Notes under the pieces: model-generated
What the model saw: only the letters and a program-made list of their open reading frames with translations
The model's database searches: none
What the model was told of the DNA's origin: nothing
Made by a program: the position numbers and the translations under genes
In this document: positions 28,553 to 39,133 of the stretch, piece after piece
How the letters are laid out: every line of letters begins with the position of its first letter
How positions within the stretch are numbered: the first letter of the stretch is position 1
Origin: a virus
Length of the DNA stretch: 64,000 bases
Direction: 5' to 3' (one strand)
Virus record (IMG/VR): IMGVR_UViG_3300031669_005140

Positions 28553-29743
28553 ATGAAAAACATTCAAGCAATTAAGATTGGAAATACTGTAAATGTTTCT
28601 ATTAATGGCAAACTTCACAAAAAGAATTGTGGTAGTGCAGCAGAAGCAAATGATCTCTATCGTTTGGTGTTGATCGCTAGGGAAAATCCTAGTGATGAAA
28701 ACATTAAAAAAGTACAGGCATACTTAAATGAGAAGATTAGAATTGCTTTGCTTGCAGGTATTGATGCCGATCCAGAAACAGGAAATGCATATATTTCAGG
28801 TTTCAATACTCCAATCCCACAAACACTGTTGGAAGTCATTAAGGAATATCACGAAAATGGTTATCCACTTGATGCAATCATTAACTTTTGGAAACTCCTT
28901 ATGGTTAACCCAGATGTAAGGGTGCGTGACAGTCTTTTTGACTTCATTACCACCCATGACTTTGTGCTAACCGATATGGGTTACATGGTGGTATATAAAG
29001 CAGTATACTACAAGGAAAAACCAAAGACAGATATTTCATTTGAAGAATTTGTTTCCAACATGTACTTGCATGTAAAGAAAAATTGGAAGTGCAGTCCAAA
29101 TAAGTATGTGGTATACAAGAATTTTGAGGACAACACTTTTGCAATCACAAAGATTGAAACTGCTGAAAAGTGGGATGAAAAGGAAATGAATGTTGAAGTA
29201 TTGGGTAAACTTGGAGAACTATATTCTGCCATTGTTGATTCTGAAAATAAGTCAGAAACAAGTGTAGAATATACCGATATGCACAGCAGAACAATGACCA
29301 TCAAACTAGGTGTGCCAACAGTAATGGACCGCAAAGAATGTGATAGTGATCCTGCCGTTGATTGTAGCTATGGCTTGCATGTTGGAGCAACAAAATATGT
29401 TGAGCGTTTTGCAAATAGAAATCGTGTTATTCTCGTATGCCTTGTTAATCCTGCACATGTGGTTGCTGTTCCAGATTATGACCATTCAAAAATGAGAGTA
29501 AGTGAATATTTTCCATATGCAGTTGCTACCTACGATAATGGAAAAATTGATATTGTTGAAGAACCATATTTGGAAGAAGATTATTGCGCATATGAACTTG
29601 CTGAATTGGAAAAACAAATTGCCAAAGTTAAGGCAAATGAAATTCCAATTGAAACTGCAAAACTGGCTGAACCTGAAACTCGTTCAATGTCCGAGTTAAT
29701 GAAAATGCTAGAAGCCAGATTGTTTGACCTAGAACTAGAATAA
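28553..29743 (+). CDS. rIIB: rIIB-like protein
   Basis: INFWKLLMVNP, CSYGLHVG, CLVNPAHVVAVPDYDHSKMRVSEY. Confidence 0.85.
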   Translation: MKNIQAIKIGNTVNVSINGKLHKKNCGSAAEANDLYRLVLIARENPSDENIKKVQAYLNEKIRIALLAGIDADPETGNAYISGFNTPIPQTLLEVIKEYHENGYPLDAIINFWKLLMVNPDVRVRDSLFDFITTHDFVLTDMGYMVVYKAVYYKEKPKTDISFEEFVSNMYLHVKKNWKCSPNKYVVYKNFEDNTFAITKIETAEKWDEKEMNVEVLGKLGELYSAIVDSENKSETSVEYTDMHSRTMTIKLGVPTVMDRKECDSDPAVDCSYGLHVGATKYVERFANRNRVILVCLVNPAHVVAVPDYDHSKMRVSEYFPYAVATYDNGKIDIVEEPYLEEDYCAYELAELEKQIAKVKANEIPIETAKLAEPETRSMSELMKMLEARLFDLELE

Positions 29744-29757
29744 TATATTGTGTGTTA

Positions 29758-29793
29758 AAAAATCCCTTGTATGCAATGTACAAGGGATTTTTT
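29758..29793 (+). terminator. intrinsic terminator after rIIB
   Basis: AATCCCTTGTA-TGCAA-TGTACAAGGGATT followed by a T-run. Confidence 0.8.
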
Positions 29794-29847
29794 GTATCTT
29801 ATTGTAACAAACTAGAATGATTATCGTATAACTAATAAAACATTACT

Positions 29848-30144
29848 ATGGTTAAGAAAACTGCTCAAGAATATAAGAAGGAAATGAATGACCTTCTAAT
29901 CCAAACCGAAAGAATTAATCAACTTGTTAGTGATAGATTGTTCACTCTATGCACACACTATCCAGATGCACCAATTGATAATACTAAAGGTCAATATAAT
30001 ACCATAATTAAGGCACGTTCTCTTTCATATAGTAAATCCTATATGAAAGACCTGTCTTTCGATGATAGAATTATATATATTAGTGCCATTGAAAAATGGA
30101 TTGCAAGTCAAGAAACTTTTGTTCAATCAGAATTCGAATTTTAA
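29848..30144 (+). CDS. hypothetical protein
   Basis: ORF track; after promoter 29803. Confidence 0.75.
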   Translation: MVKKTAQEYKKEMNDLLIQTERINQLVSDRLFTLCTHYPDAPIDNTKGQYNTIIKARSLSYSKSYMKDLSFDDRIIYISAIEKWIASQETFVQSEFEF

Positions 30145-30153
30145 TTAAAAACT

Positions 30154-30348
30154 ATGTATAGAGTATCCAAAAATAAAAGAAAATACAGTCCAACACCAAT
30201 TGTTAAAATTACTATAGATAAAAATGGTAATGAGACCGAAGACATGGTTTGCTGCTGTGTTAATATACCCAAAAATGAAGGGAATAAACTTTCTGAACTT
30301 ATTGTTGAACTCTTAAATAACTACAAACATGTGGAAGAAAATTCTTGA
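30154..30348 (+). CDS. hypothetical protein
   Basis: ORF track. Confidence 0.6.
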   Translation: MYRVSKNKRKYSPTPIVKITIDKNGNETEDMVCCCVNIPKNEGNKLSELIVELLNNYKHVEENS

Positions 30349-30413
30349 AGAACTAGAAGAACAAAGACCAAATTCTGACATTCAACCAAATACTAACTTT
30401 TAATTAAAAACCT

Positions 30414-30776
30414 ATGAAAATTAGACTAACATACGTGGAAAAGGTTGTTCTTGAAAAGAACTGCAATTCATTGCTAATGTCAAGGATTAGGAAAATTTTT
30501 ACCTATACTGATTTGGTGTTTAAAGAAGAAGAAATACCAATAAAAAACTTTTTCGGAATAGCAACAGGTAAAACTAAAAAAATCATATATTTAGTATCTG
30601 GAGCAGTGAATACCTATAGCAAAGCAGGTGAATTTGTAGGCGAACTTACTGATGATGCAGCAGAAAATTTCTTTCGCACATATAATACAAATGCCTTGAG
30701 AAAAAATTGGATTGAATTTAAAACAGAACTTGAGGCATTTGGTTTTACTGTTGAACGCACTAACCCCCCAAACTAA
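30414..30776 (+). CDS. hypothetical protein
   Basis: ORF track. Confidence 0.75.
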   Translation: MKIRLTYVEKVVLEKNCNSLLMSRIRKIFTYTDLVFKEEEIPIKNFFGIATGKTKKIIYLVSGAVNTYSKAGEFVGELTDDAAENFFRTYNTNALRKNWIEFKTELEAFGFTVERTNPPN

Positions 30777-30912
30777 CGATAATCAAGTTTCAGATACTGC
30801 AACTGACTTTGCTAAAGTTGGTGCTGTTGCATTCAATAATATTAAATAATAATGTTAAGTAATAACACTTAACTATCTGTAACATTGTAACATAAATCTT
30901 AATTAAAAACTT

Positions 30913-31275
30913 ATGAGAGTATGTAATCACGTATTACTTCCAAACCATATAGGAATGTCCATCTTAGAAGTGGATGATGCTACTGCTGTAGAGAAATTAA
31001 AGAATAGGTTTTTACTTGTTCTGGAAGTTAATGGTAAAAAAATATTACCAAAAACAAAGAAAAAATTTTATAGTGTCAATACTAATCATTATCTTTACCC
31101 CTTTAAATCCGAAATATCAGATGGATTTATTGTTGTAGATAGACAGACCTATCTTGAACTACAACTCTGTGACAGAAAGTTGGAAGATTGTACGACCGAA
31201 TTAATGGAATATCTTTCCCTAAGTAATAAAGGAGAGAACATAATGAAAATACTTAAAAAGAAATTTAGACTTTAA
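30913..31275 (+). CDS. hypothetical protein
   Basis: ORF track. Confidence 0.7.
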   Translation: MRVCNHVLLPNHIGMSILEVDDATAVEKLKNRFLLVLEVNGKKILPKTKKKFYSVNTNHYLYPFKSEISDGFIVVDRQTYLELQLCDRKLEDCTTELMEYLSLSNKGENIMKILKKKFRL

Positions 31276-31280
31276 TTAAT

Positions 31281-31763
31281 ATGATATTAAACTGTAATAC
31301 CAAACCAGAAATTAAATATGTGGTTGGTGATGCTACATATCCTAAAAGCGATGGTAATGTGATTCTATGCCATATCTGTAACGATATTGGTGCATGGGGT
31401 GCTGGGTTCGTCCTTGCAGTAAGTAAGCGTTGGAAACACCCTGAAATTGCCTATAGAGCAAATATGAAAATAGGATACAACCTAGGTGATGTTGGATTTA
31501 TTAGGGTGGAAAACAATATCATTGTCGCCAATATGATTGCACAGCATGGAATAGGATATGATTCTGCTAATAATAAGCCACTAATTAACTATCCTGCATT
31601 ACGCATCTGCTTGGCTAAAGCAAATGATATGGCTTTTAGAATGCAAGCCGAATTACACATGCCTAGAATTGGATGTGGATTGGCTGGAGGTGATTGGAAC
31701 AAAATCGAAAAAATTATCAAGGAAGTAATGTCCGTTGATGTAGTTGTTTATGATTTTAAATAA
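31281..31763 (+). CDS. macrodomain protein (TARG1/DarG-like ADP-ribosyl hydrolase)
   Basis: YVVGDAT, HICNDIGAWGAGF, HMPRIGCGLAGGDWNKI. Confidence 0.88.
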   Translation: MILNCNTKPEIKYVVGDATYPKSDGNVILCHICNDIGAWGAGFVLAVSKRWKHPEIAYRANMKIGYNLGDVGFIRVENNIIVANMIAQHGIGYDSANNKPLINYPALRICLAKANDMAFRMQAELHMPRIGCGLAGGDWNKIEKIIKEVMSVDVVVYDFK

Positions 31764-31773
31764 AAACTAATAT

Positions 31774-32145
31774 ATGAAAAACGTAATGCAAATTAATGGC
31801 AAGTCCTTTAACGTTGAAGGCAACAATATTGTCGTGAAAAACAATATGCTTATTGTTGATGACAAAATTATTATTGAAAATATTGTGCCTGAAGCAGCTA
31901 ACAATGAAATTAAAATTACTTTTATTGGTAGTTTAGCCAACCTAAAATCAGATAAAAACGTTATTGTTAATGGTGACGTTCAAGGTGATGTAGATTGTAC
32001 TAATCTAACCTGTAATGACATTCATGGCGATGTAGATTGCACTAATTTAAGATGCAATGACATTAAAGGTGATGTAGATTGTACTAATCTAACCTGTAAA
32101 AGTATTGCTGGTGATGTTAATGCTACAACGGTAAACGTAATATAA
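31774..32145 (+). CDS. beta-helical repeat protein (bactofilin-like)
   Basis: Three GDVDCTNLxC repeats. Confidence 0.65.
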   Translation: MKNVMQINGKSFNVEGNNIVVKNNMLIVDDKIIIENIVPEAANNEIKITFIGSLANLKSDKNVIVNGDVQGDVDCTNLTCNDIHGDVDCTNLRCNDIKGDVDCTNLTCKSIAGDVNATTVNVI

Positions 32146-32161
32146 TTTCAATACATACCAT

Positions 32162-32572
32162 ATGACAAAAGAATTCATTCTACATGATTTCAATTTACCT
32201 AACCATAGCAATGAACTTAGCAAGGCTAACGATGTTATTGAAAAACAAAAAAAAGCCGTAGATAAATGCATGAAATTCCAAACAATTGATGACGATACTT
32301 TCATAGCATTGTACGAGGAAATTGTTAGAGCACTTGACTATGTAGGTAGATTGTCCATGCCTGTCTTTGCAATCGAAAACGAAATGGAAGAAATGTATAT
32401 TAAACTACATCCTCACTCCCCTGAACTCGCTAAAAGATTATGGCTTGACAATTATTCGAAAATCCATCACCCGTATTCACTCCTAAAAAATAGATGCTTC
32501 ACCCTTCTCGATAACCTCGATGAACTCTATATCAATATCCATAAGAAAAATCCACCTAACTGGAATATATAA
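32162..32572 (+). CDS. hypothetical protein
   Basis: ORF track. Confidence 0.75.
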   Translation: MTKEFILHDFNLPNHSNELSKANDVIEKQKKAVDKCMKFQTIDDDTFIALYEEIVRALDYVGRLSMPVFAIENEMEEMYIKLHPHSPELAKRLWLDNYSKIHHPYSLLKNRCFTLLDNLDELYINIHKKNPPNWNI

Positions 32573-32686
32573 TGTCCAGATAATGTCCATATTTTATCCA
32601 ACTAATTTATATATAACTAGTTGGCAATGTCCAGATAATGTCCCGATAACTCAGGACATTTTTTTATAATATAATTGTTATAAAAT

Positions 32687-32953
32687 TTAATTAAATCTTT
32701 TATATATATCCTTGAAATGTCCTGTTCTATCCAACTCATCAACATATTCTTCCTTCCCATCATCCATTAACCGTGATAGCACTACCATTATTTCTATCTC
32801 AATACCATTGTCCAATTCTATACAGTTCTGCTTTGAATCCCCTACCATTGTACGCAATTCCAAAACACGATTGTCCAACTCCTCTGCTGTCATGGAATAT
32901 ATCTTTATCCCAATGTCCATAATATTCTGAACTAAATTTTTTTCTCCCAACAT
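32687..32953 (-). CDS. hypothetical protein
   Basis: ORF track; local C-rich + strand supports minus-strand coding. Confidence 0.65.
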   Translation of the reverse strand: MLGEKNLVQNIMDIGIKIYSMTAEELDNRVLELRTMVGDSKQNCIELDNGIEIEIMVVLSRLMDDGKEEYVDELDRTGHFKDIYKRFN

Positions 32954-32997
32954 AATAATCTTATTTAATATACCTTTATCTCAACTTGATTTAAATC

Positions 32998-33213
32998 CTA
33001 AAACAACCCACGTGCTATTCTACTTACCATCCTACCAACAAACCTCTCAGGATTAAACCCCCAGATAATTATCACTGCAAATATTTCTAAATAAAACTTA
33101 TAATGTCCACCATACTTCCTGATAAATACTAGCGCAGCAAACATTAACCCTAACTTAATCCAGTACGCTGGACTTCTAAAATACTTTCTCATTGACATAT
33201 ATTTTTTATTCAT
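32998..33213 (-). CDS. small membrane protein
   Basis: ORF track; hydrophobic segments. Confidence 0.55.
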   Translation of the reverse strand: MNKKYMSMRKYFRSPAYWIKLGLMFAALVFIRKYGGHYKFYLEIFAVIIIWGFNPERFVGRMVSRIARGLF

Positions 33214-33878
33214 TATACGAAATATCTAATATATTGTTACAAATTATAATTTTTTATAAAATCGTATTTGTGAAAAAAATTATTGGGGTCAGAGGATTGA
33301 CGTGTGGGGACACCTTTTTTCATAATTATCTCCCATTTTCCTCCACATCTTCCCACTTTTTCCCACTTAATATATTCACATTATCTTTGTCAGTGTATAA
33401 GTTATTGATTATCAATCATCCATAAATAATTATTTATTACAATATTTTATATAAAAATCGCTAATAATAGTACGTATAAGTATGGTTATGGTACAGTTAA
33501 ATAAGCATAAAAAATATAACTGATTATTGCTCATATTGCTATGGCGTTTATGAAAAGAATTTGTTTAGAATAGAGCAATAAATTATTACCTATTGATAAA
33601 TTATTCGCTACCACTAAAAATAGTTATGTAATTTTGTAACATATTAATCAATGACATCGTATTTGTTATAAGCAATGATAATAATATTGCCAGTACTGAA
33701 AATAAACGGTGTATTTACATTAAAATGATAAACTTATTTATCATTAAACTACCAGACAGCTAATTATGTGCTACATATATTTGCAATGGTTACGGATTTT
33801 GGTGGGAAAGGGAATTAAATACCTTTCATAAAAATAATTTATCTCGAAAGAGATATCAATAATTAAATAACTTATATT

Positions 33879-34229
33879 ATGATACATCATAAAAGTGAGG
33901 TTAATAAAATTAGTTGCATTAATTTAAACGTATACGTTGATTCAACTGATTCAACAAAGAAAGGGCAGATTTTATTTGAAGATCAATGCACATTAACAAT
34001 AACAACTAACTATAGTATTACTGAAACAAAAGATGGTGATGTTAGGTGTGATAATAGTAAATCATTTACTGTAGGGATAAACAACCCAAATGGGAATTTA
34101 TACTTAGAATTAAGTGGTAATATGGTGAATCTTACATTTGAAGATGGTAACAATAAATATTCTGCAAATGCTCTAATGGTAAATCAATATTTATTTCATG
34201 GAACGGGTAAATTAAATATTGAAAGTTAA
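33879..34229 (+). CDS. hypothetical protein
   Basis: ORF track. Confidence 0.65.
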   Translation: MIHHKSEVNKISCINLNVYVDSTDSTKKGQILFEDQCTLTITTNYSITETKDGDVRCDNSKSFTVGINNPNGNLYLELSGNMVNLTFEDGNNKYSANALMVNQYLFHGTGKLNIES

Positions 34230-34573
34230 TTCCGTTATTCTCTTCTTTATAAAAAGATTATATGCTGTTGTTAAAATAGTATATAATTTTTTTTACTATA
34301 GCAAATTTAGGTTATTTTTGTATATTTGCATGCTGGTATAAATAATTAAATATTACAATATTTTGCATAAAATCTGGTGGTAAAATTACATATGGGTTAG
34401 AAATATTTTTTTGAAGGAAGGTGGTAAATAATGTAATCACATATATAATATATACTATGTTATAATTAGCATATTAAAAATTATATTCTGCCCACACCAA
34501 ATTATTTTAGAATAGTTTATTTCAATGTAACAAGTTAGATTTTTTTTCGTATAAGTAATAAAAATATAAATTA

Positions 34574-36517
34574 ATGAAAACTGGAGGAATGACAATGGTA
34601 GAAATGACAAAAGAAACGATTATGAATAAACTTAATGAGTTAGAGGTGGTAAAAATTAAGTTAAAGGAGGATTTTATTGGAATTGATGATGCAATTGATC
34701 AGTTTATTGAAAGCATTAAGGTATGGCATGTAGCACCAGAACTTCAGCTCAGGCCATTAATTGTTAATTTATGGGGAATGACAGGTGTAGGTAAAACAGA
34801 ATTGGTTAGAAAATTTGTAAAGTTGATTAATTTTCAGGAAAATTATGTTGAGGTAGAAATGAATACGCTAAAAAAAGGTATTTTGCCATCTTATTCTGAT
34901 ACTAGACTAGGTGCTGTTGATGGAATACAATTTCAGCTGGAATCTAATTTAAATGGGGATGGCTATGGAATTTTATTATTAGATGAGATACAAAAATTTA
35001 GAACAATAGATGGGTATGGAAATGAAATACCTAGTAATAATTTAAATGGTTATTCTGATATATGGACTTTATTGGGTGATGGTAAATTCACTCCCAATCT
35101 GGCGATTAAAGAAACAATTAATAGCTATCTACATAGTATTAAGAAAAAATTTGATCTGAAGAAAAGAGATAATAGTCCGATTGTTGGTGCTGATTTTTAT
35201 TATGACTATGTTACTGCTAAAAGAATTAAATATGCATTTGGATTAAAATCTAGTATAGATGAAATCATGACACTAGATTCAGAAAAAATTCTTACAGATT
35301 TAATGGATGCGCAAAAAAATCCAAAAACATATGAAAATAAAACATATTCTAAGTTGCTAATCATAATATCTGGAAATCTTGATGAAGCATTTGAAATGTC
35401 AAAAGAAACTGATGATATTGATGTTGATGCGGATATTCTCTATGAGCATTCTAGGAAAATAACATTAATTAATATAAAGAGAGCATTGCGCTCTAGGTTT
35501 AGGCCAGAACAAATTGCCAGATTTGGTAATAATCATATAATATATCCATCATTAAGTAGAGATAGCTATAATAAAATAATAAGGTCTAAGTGTGATACAA
35601 TTGTTAGCAATATTAAAGAAATTACTAATATTAGCATTACATTAGATGATGAAATATATGATATTATTTATCGAAACGGGGTATTTCCTAGTCAAGGTGT
35701 TAGGCCAGTTTTAAGCACAATTTCATCAACCATTGAAACTTCAATGCCATTTTTTATATATAATTGCATGCTCTATAATGTAAACAATATACATATTTCA
35801 TATAAAGATGGTCAACTATGTTCCAATATTTCTGGAAATAAGGTAACATATAAAATAGCAACAGTAATTGATAATATAAAAAATTCAAAAAATATTGACA
35901 TTGAATCATTGGTTGCGATTCACGAGGTAGGGCATACTATTGCATATATTAGTTTAATGAAATTAGTTCCAAAGCAATTGGTTTGTACTACAGCATCATT
36001 GATAACAAATGGATTTATTATGACACACGAAACTTTTGACTCAAAGGAGATGCTAAAAAACAAAATAATTATTGCATTAAGTGGACAGGTCGCAGAAGAA
36101 GTAATATTTGGTGAAAACATGAAAACTACTGGTTCGGCATCGGATATTTCAATTGCCACAAGTTATGCATCCAGCTATGTTAGAAAATATGGAATGGATG
36201 GATTTGTGGGTGACATTATTTGTGGAGCAAACGCAAACAATTTATCTTATGGTATTGTTGACTATGAAAACTCAAATGATTCTATTAATGTAATACTTAA
36301 TGAGTGTAAAATTGAAGCCACAAATATACTCAACAAAAATTTATCGTTAATGAAAAAATTGACAATAAAATTACTTGATAAAAAGGTAATGAAGGATATA
36401 GAAATTGCTGAAATCGTAAAAGAATATTATCCTGACCTAAATACTGGGAAGTTTTCACATACGATTAGTGAAAACTACAATAAAATGCTTAAGGATAAAT
36501 TTCTATCAATTAGTTAG
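34574..36517 (+). CDS. soluble AAA+ ATPase fused to a peptidase M41 (FtsH-type) domain
   Basis: Walker A GMTGVGKT, Walker B LLLDEIQK, HEVGH zinc motif, ALSGQVAEEVIFG..TTGSASDI; no N-terminal TM. Confidence 0.85.
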   Translation: MKTGGMTMVEMTKETIMNKLNELEVVKIKLKEDFIGIDDAIDQFIESIKVWHVAPELQLRPLIVNLWGMTGVGKTELVRKFVKLINFQENYVEVEMNTLKKGILPSYSDTRLGAVDGIQFQLESNLNGDGYGILLLDEIQKFRTIDGYGNEIPSNNLNGYSDIWTLLGDGKFTPNLAIKETINSYLHSIKKKFDLKKRDNSPIVGADFYYDYVTAKRIKYAFGLKSSIDEIMTLDSEKILTDLMDAQKNPKTYENKTYSKLLIIISGNLDEAFEMSKETDDIDVDADILYEHSRKITLINIKRALRSRFRPEQIARFGNNHIIYPSLSRDSYNKIIRSKCDTIVSNIKEITNISITLDDEIYDIIYRNGVFPSQGVRPVLSTISSTIETSMPFFIYNCMLYNVNNIHISYKDGQLCSNISGNKVTYKIATVIDNIKNSKNIDIESLVAIHEVGHTIAYISLMKLVPKQLVCTTASLITNGFIMTHETFDSKEMLKNKIIIALSGQVAEEVIFGENMKTTGSASDISIATSYASSYVRKYGMDGFVGDIICGANANNLSYGIVDYENSNDSINVILNECKIEATNILNKNLSLMKKLTIKLLDKKVMKDIEIAEIVKEYYPDLNTGKFSHTISENYNKMLKDKFLSIS

Positions 36518-36647
36518 TGTTGGAGATGATACTACACATTAATATTATGATATTATTCTATTTTAATATTTTGTTACAATATTATTCTATACGATATGTA
36601 ACAAATTTAAACTATTTTCGTATAGACAATAAACACATAAATTAGTT

Positions 36648-37343
36648 ATGAAAGTATACACGATTAAGTTTTATTTCTTTGGTAGTAAAGAAGTGGTTCC
36701 CATTGACTATTGGGATAAGGTATTAAGTTTTTTGCATGGGGAGATTCTGGGTAAAAATAATGAGTATCACGACAGTATTAGCCAATACTCCATTAGTCCT
36801 TTATTTAATAGTAGGACGGTTGAAAACGGTTTATTATTTGATAGGGGAGCAATTTGGTTGGTTAGGACACCCAGCATTAAAGTATTTAAGGATTTTTATC
36901 TTAGGGGAAAAAATGCAATTACAAAAGAGTTGGGGTATGGGTTGGTATTGAAGTCTGTTGATTTTAGTGTTAAAGAGTTTAGTAATATTACTGAGCTTAG
37001 TGTTGGCACGTCTCCAATATATCTGGGTCAAAATAAGAATTCTAGCAATCCAGATCATATAACCTATAAGCATGGTAATGATATATGTTCTACCTTACTT
37101 AAGCAAACACTATTAACCAAAGCAAGTATGTTAGGTTATGAATTAAATCCTGATAGTATTGATATTGAATTCGACTTAGCACTACCAATAAAAACGAAGA
37201 TGGTAAAGATTAGTAATGTTGCTAATATTGCCACGCAAGGTAGCGTTAAAATTGTGGGTAATTCAGATGCTATTGGTTTATGCTATGGGTTGGGACTTGG
37301 TGTTTCAACAGGTTGTGGTTTTGGTTTTATTTATAATGTTTAA
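36648..37343 (+). CDS. cas6: CRISPR-associated endoribonuclease Cas6
   Basis: C-terminal glycine-rich loop YGLGLGVSTGCGFG; first gene of the cas operon; promoter 36597. Confidence 0.9.
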   Translation: MKVYTIKFYFFGSKEVVPIDYWDKVLSFLHGEILGKNNEYHDSISQYSISPLFNSRTVENGLLFDRGAIWLVRTPSIKVFKDFYLRGKNAITKELGYGLVLKSVDFSVKEFSNITELSVGTSPIYLGQNKNSSNPDHITYKHGNDICSTLLKQTLLTKASMLGYELNPDSIDIEFDLALPIKTKMVKISNVANIATQGSVKIVGNSDAIGLCYGLGLGVSTGCGFGFIYNV

Positions 37344-37352
37344 CTGATTGAT

Positions 37353-39125
37353 ATGGACAGTACGTTTATTAAAATAGGTGAAGTAGTTAGAAAAGAAAGT
37401 TGGTCAAGATGTAAGCATCATCCAATGCTAAGATCGGTAAGTATTCAGAAGAAAAAAAATGATAAAAATGGTAGTGCTAAATATATACAAGATGATAGTA
37501 TTGCCATTCAAGAAATTAATATTGATTTAGATAAGAATATAATTGAATTTGGAGATAGTGATACTGTTTATAGTGAGGTTGAGGAAATTGTATTTAAGTT
37601 GGGAACAACTTCAAATAATGGTTTAATTCATTTAATTGGTAACTATCTTGTCAGTCTTTCTGAGGGAAAAATTAAAAAGGGATTATCGTTATCGCAGGAA
37701 GTTAGTAATCAGTTCTCATTTTCTACTTTCAATAAAAAATATGTAAAGATATATTCCAAAGTTTTAACGCCAACATCGTTTATATATAGGTATCGAAAAC
37801 TGCTAGATGATAATCTTGACCTGGTTATTGAGCAAATAGAAAAGTATGATAAGGACGATAAGATAGCAAAAATTCTATTTGTTATAACCATAACCTATAA
37901 AGGTGAAACCAGTCCTGCTTATGAGCATGCTGAATGTCTTGATGAAATAGATGAGATGTTTTTGCAATCCAACTATGTTGAAGGTAGGGGTTATATCTTT
38001 ATAAATGCATTTTATTCAATGTTTAACTATGGTAAGTACACCACGAATGGGTATAGCATGATGTATGATGATTCAATACCATACTATGATAAGGATGCAT
38101 TTCTTAACCTATACTATGCACGTAAAATTTATTCATGGGAGAGTTTAAATATTGATAATAACTATTCTGTATCAATATTTCCGAACTATAACAATCTAAC
38201 AATGAAAGATATTGAAGACCTTACATTTAAAGATGTGGATATTTTTAACTTTGATTTGGTTTGTAATAGAATTAAAACTTTTATTAACAGTAAAGTTGAG
38301 AGAGATTCTATTGAAAAAAGGTTAATTCCGTTATTGTTAAGATTTGATGTTTACTACAGGTATGAAAGTAAGGCAGGTAATCAGAATATGCTACGGCTTA
38401 GTGGTATAAGGTATATGCAACTACTAAGCATTAGGGATAGGGTAAATAATAAATATTATCCTAAATACTATGATAAGAATAGTAATAGCGAGAAAAAATA
38501 TTCACTTTACAAAGCATTAACCGAATTATACCAAGATTATAACGGTAAATCTGATAAGTATATGACAACTATTATACATACACTTCAGAACATTTATCAG
38601 GAAAAGTATGAAGTGCCTGAGCAAGCATTGTATTGCTTAATTAGTAAAATTGAGTATCTTGCAAGAAATAATAATATTAATGGTAGTGATTTTAAGAATG
38701 ACTGGAATAAACTTTTTAATATATATAAATTTTTAAAAACTATGGAATTGGAAAACTTTGTTTCTGAGTTAACTCGGCATTCATCCTATCGGTTAGGCAT
38801 TGAATTGTCTAAATTTGAATCGGGATGGAAAGATGGTAGAGAAAATCTAAGCAATACTATTAAGAAATTTGCTGGAAATATTAGTAAAACAGTTAATGGT
38901 ATTGATGATATTAGAGAATACTATCAAGACATTATGGAGCGTATGATACGCAATCAAATTGAATATGGCAATCATAATAAATTGCTGGAGTTGCTACATA
39001 CTATTACTGACAACGAATTTGATAAAAGCAAATTTGCTATGGGTTATTTCACTGAAAAATGTGAATACAAGCAATCAAAAGCAGTTGATTCTGCAACTAA
39101 TGAAAACAGTAACAATTTAAACTAA
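37353..39125 (+). CDS. cas8b: type I-B large subunit Cas8b (divergent)
   Basis: 590 aa between cas6 and cas7; helical C-terminus ending FAMGYF; assigned mainly by position. Confidence 0.7.
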   Translation: MDSTFIKIGEVVRKESWSRCKHHPMLRSVSIQKKKNDKNGSAKYIQDDSIAIQEINIDLDKNIIEFGDSDTVYSEVEEIVFKLGTTSNNGLIHLIGNYLVSLSEGKIKKGLSLSQEVSNQFSFSTFNKKYVKIYSKVLTPTSFIYRYRKLLDDNLDLVIEQIEKYDKDDKIAKILFVITITYKGETSPAYEHAECLDEIDEMFLQSNYVEGRGYIFINAFYSMFNYGKYTTNGYSMMYDDSIPYYDKDAFLNLYYARKIYSWESLNIDNNYSVSIFPNYNNLTMKDIEDLTFKDVDIFNFDLVCNRIKTFINSKVERDSIEKRLIPLLLRFDVYYRYESKAGNQNMLRLSGIRYMQLLSIRDRVNNKYYPKYYDKNSNSEKKYSLYKALTELYQDYNGKSDKYMTTIIHTLQNIYQEKYEVPEQALYCLISKIEYLARNNNINGSDFKNDWNKLFNIYKFLKTMELENFVSELTRHSSYRLGIELSKFESGWKDGRENLSNTIKKFAGNISKTVNGIDDIREYYQDIMERMIRNQIEYGNHNKLLELLHTITDNEFDKSKFAMGYFTEKCEYKQSKAVDSATNENSNNLN

Positions 39126-39133
39126 AAATAGCT

